DNA of 61,916 bases, filler included. It is 3 parts of 3 records of this genome, joined end to end, with 100 filler letters (N's around TTAATTAATTAA, not from the genome) between each part and the next. Parts side by side here need not be neighbours in the genome. Positions count along the whole stretch, not along the records: positions 1 to 23,271 come from SRR20825006_1526; 2 more parts are not named here. One strand, written 5' to 3'. Below the pieces are notes generated by a model, which was given only the letters and a program-made list of their open reading frames with translations, made no database searches and was not told the DNA's origin. The translations under genes were made by a program, and so were the position numbers. Below, in pieces: positions 1-11,675 of the stretch (position 1 is the stretch's first letter; every line of letters begins with the position of its first letter).

Positions 1-145
1 CAGCCCTCTTCATTTTAGGGCTATTCTCGTAGCCCTTGAGTAGCTCAGACACCAATCTCTATGCCACACAAATTCTATGGCATAAAAGACAGCTTGAATG
101 GGTGAGGCACGATGCCCCCAAGTCGACGATAGGTAGAAGCGAGCG

Positions 146-340
146 ATGACGAAGAAGTCGACTTTTGACTTATCATTCGAAGAACTAGCCGAGATTGGCG
201 AGCAAGCGTTCGCTCAAGCCAAAAGGGAGGCTATAGCCACAGGTCTCCCCAATCCCTATATCGACGTTGAACGCCAAGATCGTTATTTCCAAAAGATCGC
301 ACAAGGAGGTGGGCGGAGTGATGCCTCCAAAGTTGGCTAG
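146..340 (+). CDS. Small hypothetical protein (64 aa)
   Basis: ATG-initiated ORF with a helical acidic N-half; no recognisable motif. Confidence 0.4.
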   Translation: MTKKSTFDLSFEELAEIGEQAFAQAKREAIATGLPNPYIDVERQDRYFQKIAQGGGRSDASKVG

Positions 341-426
341 ACCGGGTAAAACCCACAAATAAGTGAAATTGGTCAAGAGAAGATAGATTCGTCGAATAGC
401 AGTTTCTTCAGAACGATGGCTTCAGA

Positions 427-450
427 GTCAGCTTTCGGCCAGTAGCGGAC
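427..450 (+). repeat. 24-bp imperfect palindrome, copy A (GTCAGCT-N10-AGCGGAC)
   Basis: Aligns ungapped with copies at 1442-1465 and 8773-8796; lies 40 bp beyond the stop of the 491-1324 gene. Confidence 0.6.
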
Positions 451-490
451 GTAAACTTGTTTCCTTAATAAGAACCTGTTGGAACGTTTT

Positions 491-1324
491 TTATTCCATA
501 TCCCATTCTAATGAACTTTGGCTTGTGAATGAATCAGGAGCTGTGAATTTCTCCAAATATGGAGAAGCTCTGACGTGATTCATCAAACGCCAAAACCATT
601 GTTTAGATAGTTCGTTTTCTAAGCCTTCTGGATACTCATATTTATATGAAAATCCATCATTTGCTCTTTTATGACATGAAATATAGATCGGCGTTAGATA
701 CGCTTGAATCCCCCACCGAACATCATTTAATAATTGCGCCATCCAAGTGCCGTAGTATATGAAATAGTTCTCATCAAGATGTTCTTGGAAGTCTTCTAGT
801 GCGAGAGGTATCAGCTCAAGTGGTACAACATAATCGTGCTCTGTGAGGATTTTGTGTATCTCTTTCGATACACCAGTTAATCTGGATATATTGTGCTTCG
901 AATGATTGCCTGAAATTTTCAAGAAGTCCATTCTTGAAACTTCGATCTTTGCTTCTATATCGAGCGTTGGAAGACATAATTTTAGCGGAGCCTTAAACTC
1001 AAGCCAGTTGACTAACTCATTTAGTGCCTTTTGAAGATCAGTTACCTCTTTATTGAAACTCTTGCTTTGACAAGTCTCGCTAAGTACGTTTATGCACGAT
1101 CCTGACACGCCTGTTAATTTACTATCTCCAGCTTCCTTTGCAAAATCCAAGAAACGAATTACAAATAGTGAACGATGGATAAAGTCCTTAAAATAGACCT
1201 CGGCCTCACCTATCGTTCTTGAACTTTTCCTCACGTCAAGCAAAGCATGGTTCACCATATTGTTGAGAGATTCAACGCAAATGCACAGGCCTATAGTTTC
1301 CTTTTCTATTGAGTTAATTTCCAT
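491..1324 (-). CDS. Low-GC hypothetical protein (277 aa), possibly HEPN-like
   Basis: Long ORF; ATG at 1324 preceded by GAGGA RBS; GNHSKH resembles a degenerate RxxxxH motif; visibly AT-richer than the czc cluster. Confidence 0.75.
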   Translation of the reverse strand: MEINSIEKETIGLCICVESLNNMVNHALLDVRKSSRTIGEAEVYFKDFIHRSLFVIRFLDFAKEAGDSKLTGVSGSCINVLSETCQSKSFNKEVTDLQKALNELVNWLEFKAPLKLCLPTLDIEAKIEVSRMDFLKISGNHSKHNISRLTGVSKEIHKILTEHDYVVPLELIPLALEDFQEHLDENYFIYYGTWMAQLLNDVRWGIQAYLTPIYISCHKRANDGFSYKYEYPEGLENELSKQWFWRLMNHVRASPYLEKFTAPDSFTSQSSLEWDME

Positions 1325-1441
1325 TTTTCCTCGATTATAATAGTAGAGCCCCAATAGAGATTAGTTTCATTTTTATTTTAGTCATGCATTTCCTCTAAGA
1401 ATATAATTCCACTACCTAGCTTGTTCAAACTTTTGGTAAGT

Positions 1442-1465
1442 GGCCGCTTTGGGTCGGTTTTGGCC
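1442..1465 (+). repeat. 24-bp imperfect palindrome, copy B (GGCCGCTTTGGGTCGGTTTTGGCC)
   Basis: Shares the exact 13-mer CCGCTTTGGGTCG with copy C; sits at the low-GC/high-GC junction. Confidence 0.6.
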
Positions 1466-1515
1466 AAAGCACCACCAAGCCACAAAAATATAATACGACA
1501 CCACGAGAAGCCGAC

Positions 1516-1544
1516 TTGATTAGTGGACCCATGCGGCCTACTAT
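1516..1544 (+). promoter_or_regulatory. Putative sigma70 promoter of the czc cluster
   Basis: TTGATT-17 bp-TACTAT, about 30 bp upstream of the first gene. Confidence 0.5.
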
Positions 1545-1573
1545 CAGGGCACAAGCTCGAACTCAGGTAGAAG

Positions 1574-1933
1574 ATGACGATACAACCGATCAAAAACATG
1601 ATGGTTCTGATGACCATGGGTGCGCTAATGTTCCTGCGCTTCATGGACCTTGCCGTTTTCGACGCTGAACACGCTCATCTTGAGCGGCCACACGTGCAGG
1701 CGCATGCCAGCGAAATGATCCATGATCATGAGCCAGACGAAGTCACGGAGCATGACACCCTTGAAGCGCAGGCTGCGCATGTTGGCTTCCACACACTTCT
1801 CGGGGTTTTCATTGAAACGGTCGATGCGGCTATTGCAATGCCAAACCATTTCTCCCCAAGCTTCGGTTTCCATGCAAAGGATGATGCGCTTGCATTCGCG
1901 CAGCGCCCGCCCATACCCCCTCCCTTGGTCTGA
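1574..1933 (+). CDS. His-rich small exported protein leading the czc operon (CzcI-like)
   Basis: Hydrophobic N-terminus, His/Glu-rich middle, C-terminal RPPIPPP; position directly upstream of czcC. Confidence 0.6.
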   Translation: MTIQPIKNMMVLMTMGALMFLRFMDLAVFDAEHAHLERPHVQAHASEMIHDHEPDEVTEHDTLEAQAAHVGFHTLLGVFIETVDAAIAMPNHFSPSFGFHAKDDALAFAQRPPIPPPLV

Positions 1934-2009
1934 TCTCTTCAAATCTTGACATTCTCGCGTGCGGCAGTCGCTGCGCGCTCTCTGTTGTTTTTTGATGAGA
2001 GTAGACATC

Positions 2010-3320
2010 ATGACTATCTTTAAAGTGGCGGCTCATGCTGCCCTCGGCGTCTATGCCGGCGCGGTATTATGGTCCGGGCCCGCAGAGGCGGAACTCACGT
2101 TAACCCGGGATGAGGTCATCAGGCGAGTGCTTGAGGCTTCCCCCACCCTTGAGGCGGCGCGCGCACGTGTTGCCGAGTATGAAGCGGCCATCCTGCAGGC
2201 GGATATACGCCCAAACCCGACGGTAGGTGCTGAGCTCGAAAACTTTACCGGTACTGGCCCGTTCACCGGGCTTGACCGCACGGAGCTGACGGTCACTTAC
2301 GCGCAGCAGTTCGAGCGCGGCAACAAGCGCAGCCTACGGACAAAGCTTGCGCGGGAGGAAGCCCGTATCGGTGAAGGTGAATGGCATATCCAGCGACTGG
2401 ATCTGATCCATACGGCGGAAAAGGCTTATGTGGACGTGGTTGCTGCCCGGACGCGGCTGGACCAGCTTACGACCCAGGCGGCTATCCTCAAGGATATTGA
2501 AGGCGCGATCCGCGCGCGTATGGAAGCCGGCAAGGATTCCGAACTTGCCGTGCAAAATGCCCATATCCGCTACCTGAATGCCTCCAACCTTGTGGCAAAC
2601 GCGGAGCAGGAGCTGATGGCCGCCAAAGTCTCCCTCGCGGGCCTATGGGGTGCGGACGCGACTGCCGTCAGTGTCGATGCCGGACAAGGCTTCAAACTTC
2701 CGGCCGCACTGGTGCCAATGACCGAAGCCTCGGTCGCTGGTAGCCCCGATCTCGCGATCTGGGACTTGCGGGAAGCGGCGCTTGAGGCCTCCCTGTCGCT
2801 TGAGAAAGCGAAATCGGTGCAGGACCCGACAGTGCGGGTAGGTGTGCGCTATCATCAGGATACGTCGGACGTTGCCGCGGTTGCCGGGGTGTCCATCCCA
2901 CTGGCGCTATATGATACCAATCAGGGCAACATCAGGCGTGCGCGCGCGGCAGTCAGCCGCAATATGTATGAGCGTGCCGACCGGGAGCGTACCCTGATCC
3001 GGCAACTGGGACTGGCGCATGCCCGGCAGCGCGCAGCCTTCACCGCCGCCCGCCAGCTCAGCGGAAGCCTGCAGGCGGCCGAGGATGCCAAGGCGCTCGT
3101 GCTGGAGCGTATGGATAAAGGGGCGGCCTCCTACCTCGATGTCTTTGCGGCGCAGTCACTGCTCGCTGACATCGAAACCCAGCGTATCGCCGCCCTTACC
3201 CAATTTCATCTCGCGCAGGCTGACATCAACCGCCTGACAGCAATCCATTCGACAGACGCGACCATGCCCGCCACTACCATGAGCGGCGCAGAGGTACAGG
3301 TCGGCCCTGAAGGAAACTGA
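2010..3320 (+). CDS. czcC: TolC-family outer membrane factor of a heavy-metal RND pump
   Basis: Signal peptide, PNPTV and VSIPL..YDTNQG motifs; precedes the MFP and RND genes; start at 2010 inferred. Confidence 0.85.
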   Translation: MTIFKVAAHAALGVYAGAVLWSGPAEAELTLTRDEVIRRVLEASPTLEAARARVAEYEAAILQADIRPNPTVGAELENFTGTGPFTGLDRTELTVTYAQQFERGNKRSLRTKLAREEARIGEGEWHIQRLDLIHTAEKAYVDVVAARTRLDQLTTQAAILKDIEGAIRARMEAGKDSELAVQNAHIRYLNASNLVANAEQELMAAKVSLAGLWGADATAVSVDAGQGFKLPAALVPMTEASVAGSPDLAIWDLREAALEASLSLEKAKSVQDPTVRVGVRYHQDTSDVAAVAGVSIPLALYDTNQGNIRRARAAVSRNMYERADRERTLIRQLGLAHARQRAAFTAARQLSGSLQAAEDAKALVLERMDKGAASYLDVFAAQSLLADIETQRIAALTQFHLAQADINRLTAIHSTDATMPATTMSGAEVQVGPEGN

Positions 3321-3321
3321 C

Positions 3322-4584
3322 ATGACACAGTCACTATTCAAGAAACTCACGATACTTTCCGCAGCGGCCCTGATGCTGGCTGCATGCGGGCAACAGGCCG
3401 ACAATCACGCCCGCGACGGTGAGGGGCATGGCCACGAAGAGGCAGCCCATGACGAAGTGGCCAAGGGGCCAAACGGCGGGCGCCTGCTGGAGGATGGTGC
3501 CTTCGCGATCGAGGTCACGATTTTCGAGCAAGGTACACCGCCACAGTTCCGGCTTTTTGCTTATGAAAACGGCAAGGCCATTGCGCCTTCAGCCGTCGAC
3601 GCCAGTATCACGCTTTCAAGGCTTGACGGGGAGGAGAACTATTTCCGGTTTGAGGCCGAAGGAGGCTACCTCTCCGGTGACGGTGTGGTGACGGAACCGC
3701 ACTCGTTTGATGTGGCTGTGAAAGCGACCTACAAGGGCAAGACCCATACCTGGTCATATGACAGCTATGAGGGGCGCACGACCATCAGCGTCGCCATGGC
3801 AAACCAGATGGGGATCGAAGTTGAAGCCGTGGGGCCACAAACCATTGAAAGTACACTCGACCTTCTTGGGCGGGTGGAGTTCGCCCCAGATGCCCAATCA
3901 ACCCTGCGCGCCCGTTTTCCGGGTAAAATCCTTGAGGTACGCAAGACCGAAGGCCAAACGGTGAAAGAAGGTGAGGTGCTTGCACGGATCGAGAGCAACG
4001 AAAGCCTGCGCCCCTACAATATCACAGCGCCAATGGACGGTGTGATCGTCAGCCGCACCGCACAGAAAGGTGATGTCGTCAGCGACAGCCCACTGTTCGT
4101 GATTGGTGACCTGACGCGCCTCAGAGTGGATTTCCACGTCTATCCTGGTGATACCGACATCGTGCGGCCCGGCCAGATGGTTGCCGTCTCATCCGTTGAT
4201 GGCCGTCACACAGCAAAGGCAGAGCTGGAGTTCTACCTCCCGACCGCTGAAAGCGCGACCCAGACCCTGATTATGCATGCCCCACTTGCCAACCCCACCA
4301 AGGAATGGATTCCGGGCATGACGGTGAAAGGCAAGGCCATAGTGGCCAAGCGTGAAGTGCCTCTCGCGGTACGCCCCGAGGCGTTGCAGCGTTTCCGTGA
4401 CTTCACCGTCGTGTTTGCACAGGTCGGTGAAACATATGAGGTGCGCATGCTTGAACTGGGTGAACGCACGCCTGAGTGGGTCGAGGTTCTTGGCGGCATA
4501 AAGCCCGGCCAGCGCTATGTCACCAACAACAGTTTCATCATCAAGGCGGACATCGAAAAAGATGGCGCGTCCCACGACCATTAG
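3322..4584 (+). CDS. czcB: Membrane fusion (periplasmic adaptor) lipoprotein
   Basis: Lipobox LAAC, His-rich linker, ITAPMDG lipoyl-like motif, C-terminal SHDH. Confidence 0.9.
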   Translation: MTQSLFKKLTILSAAALMLAACGQQADNHARDGEGHGHEEAAHDEVAKGPNGGRLLEDGAFAIEVTIFEQGTPPQFRLFAYENGKAIAPSAVDASITLSRLDGEENYFRFEAEGGYLSGDGVVTEPHSFDVAVKATYKGKTHTWSYDSYEGRTTISVAMANQMGIEVEAVGPQTIESTLDLLGRVEFAPDAQSTLRARFPGKILEVRKTEGQTVKEGEVLARIESNESLRPYNITAPMDGVIVSRTAQKGDVVSDSPLFVIGDLTRLRVDFHVYPGDTDIVRPGQMVAVSSVDGRHTAKAELEFYLPTAESATQTLIMHAPLANPTKEWIPGMTVKGKAIVAKREVPLAVRPEALQRFRDFTVVFAQVGETYEVRMLELGERTPEWVEVLGGIKPGQRYVTNNSFIIKADIEKDGASHDH

Positions 4585-7761
<3,177 letters not shown>

Positions 7762-7777
7762 CACCCCAAACCTGTCA

Positions 7778-7803
7778 TGAGGTGGCCCTTCGGGGCCACC
7801 TCA
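7778..7803 (+). other. Perfect 11-bp hairpin with a cUUCGg tetraloop between czcA and dmeF
   Basis: TGAGGTGGCCC-TTCG-GGGCCACCTCA; no strong U-tract follows. Confidence 0.75.
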
Positions 7804-7831
7804 GAGATTTCTCCAAAGTAAGGAACATGAA

Positions 7832-8761
7832 ATGCACGCGGATAATATGAGCAAGTGGACACATGATCATGACTTCCATGGTGCGAGTGACCATGCCGAG
7901 AAGCGCACACGCTGGGTGGTGTGGCTGACCGTCATCATGATGGTGGCTGAAATTGCGGCGGGCGTTACCTTTGGCTCCATGGCGCTATTGGCCGACGGGT
8001 GGCATACGGGCACCCACGCCGCAGCGCTCGGCATCACGCTGTTTGCCTATGCATACGCGCGCAAGCATGCAGACAACGATGCGTTCAGCTTCGGCACCGG
8101 CAAGGTGAGCGTGCTGGGAGGCTATTCAAGCGCTATTGTGCTCGGGGTTGTCGCACTTTTGATGGCGGTTGAATCGGTGGAACGGTTGATCACGCCACAG
8201 TCGATCCAGTTCAACCAAGCCATTGGTGTTGCGGTGCTGGGGCTCGTGGTAAATATCGCCAGTGCCTTCATGCTTGGTGGCCATCATCATCATGGCGAGC
8301 ACAACCACGAGGGCCATGGTCACAGCCACCACCATCATCACGACCATAACCTGCGCGCAGCCTATCTGCATGTGATGGCGGACGCGCTCACGTCTGTCCT
8401 TGCCATCGTTGCCCTGCTGGCCGGCAAATCGTTCGGCTGGGTGTGGCTCGATCCTGTGATGGGCATCGTCGGTGCCGTGATTATCACCAAATGGGCAATC
8501 GGGCTTGGCAAGGATACCGCCGCGATCCTTCTGGACCGGCACGATGACGATGCCGCGCGCGAGAAGATCATCACCGTGATCGAAGACAGTGGGGATGACA
8601 AGGTAGCCGACCTGCACGTGTGGCGGCTCAACTCAAACCAGCTCGCCGCTATTGTGTCTGTGGTGGCACACGCACCGCAACACCCCGATCACTACAAATC
8701 CCGTATTGAACGCGAAATCGGCATTTGCCACCTCACTGTCGAGGTGCATGAGTGCAGGTAA
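7832..8761 (+). CDS. dmeF: CDF-family Co/Ni/Zn efflux transporter
   Basis: SMALLADGWH, FSFGTGKV, His-rich loop, HDHNLRAAYLHVMADALTS, DLHVW. Confidence 0.9.
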   Translation: MHADNMSKWTHDHDFHGASDHAEKRTRWVVWLTVIMMVAEIAAGVTFGSMALLADGWHTGTHAAALGITLFAYAYARKHADNDAFSFGTGKVSVLGGYSSAIVLGVVALLMAVESVERLITPQSIQFNQAIGVAVLGLVVNIASAFMLGGHHHHGEHNHEGHGHSHHHHHDHNLRAAYLHVMADALTSVLAIVALLAGKSFGWVWLDPVMGIVGAVIITKWAIGLGKDTAAILLDRHDDDAAREKIITVIEDSGDDKVADLHVWRLNSNQLAAIVSVVAHAPQHPDHYKSRIEREIGICHLTVEVHECR

Positions 8762-8772
8762 GGTTGCGGAAT

Positions 8773-8796
8773 GTCCGCTTTGGGTCGAGAGCGGCT
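8773..8796 (+). repeat. 24-bp imperfect palindrome, copy C (GTCCGCT-N10-AGCGGCT)
   Basis: Begins 12 bp after the dmeF stop; GC content drops immediately downstream. Confidence 0.6.
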
Positions 8797-9322
8797 GAAA
8801 CCAAAAGAATCAATAGCAGGTTTTGAGGATGATCGGCCTGTCGTTAACCAGCAACGGCGCACAAATAGCCTAGGTGAATGCGACGGGTAGGTGATTGTGG
8901 ACACCGCGTTATGGTCCAACAATTTCTTTCGTTTCTATCGAAGTATAATCATGTATATCGCAAACGGCTTATACACGGTTATATTTGAGTATATTTCCCT
9001 GAGGGTGCATGTGATGACTTGGTCGCCCAATGTTAGGCAGAGGTTTGCGGTTTCCCGGTTCGTACACTAATGCTGAGGCATAATTGAATGACATTTTCCA
9101 GTTGTGGATATTACCGCCATCTGGCCGCTGTGATGACTTTTTACGAGATCCATACCGATTGTAGAGCTTGGCAAGTTAAGTTCGCTCGGTCCATCTCATG
9201 TTGCTTTAAACAACGAAGATTAGGAGATCAAAGTTGCGATTCCCCCAAATTTGAGGGGCACTATTTTCGTGGACAAGACGCCGCTCAAATGATGCTCCGG
9301 TAAGCCGCGTGTGAATTTTTGT

Positions 9323-9412
9323 GGGGGTGTAGCTCAGTTGGTAGAGCAGCAGTCTTATATCCCGTAGCGCCAGATAAGCGGCAGGTCGTCGGTTCGATGC
9401 CGACCACCCCTA
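9323..9412 (+). tRNA. tRNA-like gene (Ile-like) with a 24-nt anticodon loop; atypical or pseudo-tRNA
   Basis: Acceptor GGGGGTG/CACCCCT, D-arm GCTC-AGTTGGTA-GAGC, variable loop AGGTC, T-arm GTCGG-TTCGATG-CCGAC, discriminator A; anticodon stem has one A-G mismatch. Confidence 0.75.
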
Positions 9413-9492
9413 TCATCATTTTGATATCCGTTGATTGCAGATACTGGCCGTTGGCGTAGGTGCGTGTATGGCCTCTGAGAGAGGGGGATGTG

Positions 9493-9696
9493 ATGCAGGC
9501 AGATGATGAATATGAATATCGAGTGATCAGGTGGCGGCATTTTGAGAACGAGAAAGTTCAGGAACAAATCGATGAGCTTATTGCAGACGGCTGGGAGGTT
9601 CACGGTGAGGGCTATGTCAAGGCTGGCATGCTTATAGACCTGAGCAATCAGCGATTGCGCCGGAAAAGGCTTCCCGAAGATGAACGGGGAACGTAA
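9493..9696 (+). CDS. Small protein, DUF4177/DUF1737-like
   Basis: GAGGGGG RBS; YEYRVI...IDELIADGWEV pattern. Confidence 0.55.
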   Translation: MQADDEYEYRVIRWRHFENEKVQEQIDELIADGWEVHGEGYVKAGMLIDLSNQRLRRKRLPEDERGT

Positions 9697-9823
9697 TTTG
9701 CGTGCCGGGTTGCGGGCCTTATGGCCTTTTATCCTTCGGTGCGCATCAGATCGAAACTTCCTGCGGTTCTGGTCAAGAACTGTCAGTAACAATGGCGCTC
9801 TCGCCATAGGCTTGGGCGTTCTG

Positions 9824-10081
9824 TTATTGCCGGTCGTTCGCACCGCGGATTGTTGACGGTGTGAGGTCGCCGGTCATGTCAAGGAAAACATGCTGTGCAA
9901 GCGCCATCCGCGTCTGAGGTGACATGGAGGAGTTTTTGGCCAGCGACACGCAGGCCCTGAATGCTGCGCTGATGCCAAATCCCGCCTTGCTGTCATCGTC
10001 GTTCACATAGTCAAAGACAGCATTCACAATCGACAGTTCGAGTTCATGCGCTGCTGCAAGCTTATCTGTTTGTTCGGCCAT
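9824..10081 (-). CDS. Hypothetical protein (85 aa), divergent from the Xre regulator
   Basis: ATG at 10081 with GAGGA RBS. Confidence 0.55.
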   Translation of the reverse strand: MAEQTDKLAAAHELELSIVNAVFDYVNDDDSKAGFGISAAFRACVSLAKNSSMSPQTRMALAQHVFLDMTGDLTPSTIRGANDRQ

Positions 10082-10199
10082 GGTTCCGTTTCCTCGAATA
10101 GAAACCTGAATGTGCAACCAGTATATAGTCGCTGATTTATGGCGTCAAATAGTAGGTATGTATATTCAGTGCCATCCAAACCCGTTGCATTTTACTAGG

Positions 10200-10550
10200 A
10201 TGGATAAACTAGCAAATATCATTGGCGCGCGCATCGGCGCCTACCGGAAGGCCAGAGGCCTGACGCAGGAAGACCTTGCTGGCCTGTCAGCCCGCTCGGT
10301 GTTTACGATATCTCAAGTTGAGCGCGGTGTGAATGCGCCAAATCTTGCCACGCTGATTGATTTGGCTCAGGCACTTGAGTGTGGTCTGGATGAACTCGTG
10401 TTTGGCCGCAGTACCACCGACCAGACCAAAAAAACGAAAGAACACGTGAATCTTGAAGCGCGTCTCGTTGCGGATATTGTCGCGATGGATCTCAAGACGC
10501 TGAAGGCCACGCGCAGCGCGATTAATGCCATTTTTGAAGCTCAAAGCTGA
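10200..10550 (+). CDS. Xre/Cro-CI family HTH transcriptional regulator
   Basis: RKARGLTQEDLA...ISQVERGVNAPNLATLIDLAQALEC. Confidence 0.9.
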   Translation: MDKLANIIGARIGAYRKARGLTQEDLAGLSARSVFTISQVERGVNAPNLATLIDLAQALECGLDELVFGRSTTDQTKKTKEHVNLEARLVADIVAMDLKTLKATRSAINAIFEAQS

Positions 10551-11083
10551 TTTTCCAACATCTCATTCTTTTCACGCAACCTCTCCAGAAGCTTTGCGGG
10601 CATGTTTCGGGGGACAATCTTTATGCTTTTAAAGTAATTGTTAGTTATATATATAATAAAAATAATCACTCTATAAAATAGTGGTTTTATTATACTTATG
10701 TATGGCAATAAATTTGTAGATTAGATTTTCTAAAATGTTGGCGAGTCGCCTCCTTTATTTCGGAAAACATTTTCTAATGCCGTGTTTTTGTCATGAAAAC
10801 TCCCTGCAATTCATAGCCTTAGCGAATATTTATTGACTTGCATTCGACCTCGCGCACCCTAGAGGAGGTGTCAACAGGAGGCCGATATGTCCTGGTGTTT
10901 CATTTTTTGCAACACGCGTAACCTGGTGGCGACGTTGGTGCATTCGGGGATCTTCTATGGGCGCCAAGCCATTGGAGGGTGCTGGATCAACAGCTGTGCC
11001 CTCGCATCTGGCATACAAATCCAAGAGTTAGCTCGTCATCGCCCCACTTTGTTGTCTGCGTGCGGTATTGAGAGGAGGGATTG

Positions 11084-11674
11084 ATGGGTATCGATGTTAC
11101 TCCGCAGACCCGCCTTTTTCTCGAAGGCTATATTGCCAGCAGGAAATCGGACGGTATTCTCAAGTGGCGTGGTGTGGCACAGCAGGCCCTGTTTGAGTAT
11201 CTGGATGTAGACCCCCATGTGCGCCATATTCGTGCGCAAGTGATGTCCCCGGATATCAACGGCATGGCCCGACAAAAGTTTCCGGCGTTGGTGTACACCT
11301 TTTCAGGCACCTATTTTGCCGATTTGCGCCCGGCGGGCGCCCTTCCGAAAGCTCTATCAGAAACCTGCCGGGCCATGCAGCGTGCAGGCCTGCAGCTTCG
11401 GCTTTTTGATCGTGATTTCTTGCTCGATGCTTCCGTCAGGGCAACGGTCACACGCCTGCGACGAAGCCGACGGCAAGTACCGTCTCGTCAACTATTGGAA
11501 AGGCTCGACGCCTACCCGGGTGAATGGCCAGCCACACTGGCTCAGTTGGTGAGCTACCTGGGCACAGAAGGTCACGTGGATCAGCTAATTATCTCCTGCC
11601 AGCTGCAAGCCGACCTGTCAGCAGGCCTTGGACCCGACTGCCTATTATCCCGAAACCCGAAGATGGGAGGATGA
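11084..11674 (+). CDS. tnsA: TnsA-like protein with a degenerate nuclease active site (196 aa)
   Basis: GAGGAGG RBS; S.K...LDVDPHV..I.AQ TnsA N-domain pattern and C-terminal L.ADLS..L; position directly upstream of tnsB. Confidence 0.75.
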   Translation: MGIDVTPQTRLFLEGYIASRKSDGILKWRGVAQQALFEYLDVDPHVRHIRAQVMSPDINGMARQKFPALVYTFSGTYFADLRPAGALPKALSETCRAMQRAGLQLRLFDRDFLLDASVRATVTRLRRSRRQVPSRQLLERLDAYPGEWPATLAQLVSYLGTEGHVDQLIISCQLQADLSAGLGPDCLLSRNPKMGG

Positions 11675-11675
11675 A

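Noticed and set aside
60-84. TATGCCA-N11-TGGCATA inverted repeat
   Set aside because: 7-bp arms at the contig edge with no context to interpret.
9010-9139. Direct repeat TGTGATGACTT at 9010 and 9129
   Set aside because: Only two 11-bp copies with no supporting structure; may be chance.
9354-9378. Archaeal bulge-helix-bulge intron motif in the tRNA-like RNA
   Set aside because: Positions 32-35 (CTTA) do not pair with the required intron bases (CAGA).
10060-10068. GCTTATCTG complementary to the tRNA-like loop, as an antisense target
   Set aside because: Only 9 nt, and the overlapping gene is on the minus strand, so its mRNA has the same sense as the RNA.
9413-11083. Tn7-type end (TGT terminus plus repeated TnsB sites), or insertion just downstream of the tRNA-like gene
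   Set aside because: No convincing repeated 18-22-bp motif found by eye; the TGTATGGC match at 9465 and 10699 is only 8 bp. Element boundaries remain undetermined.
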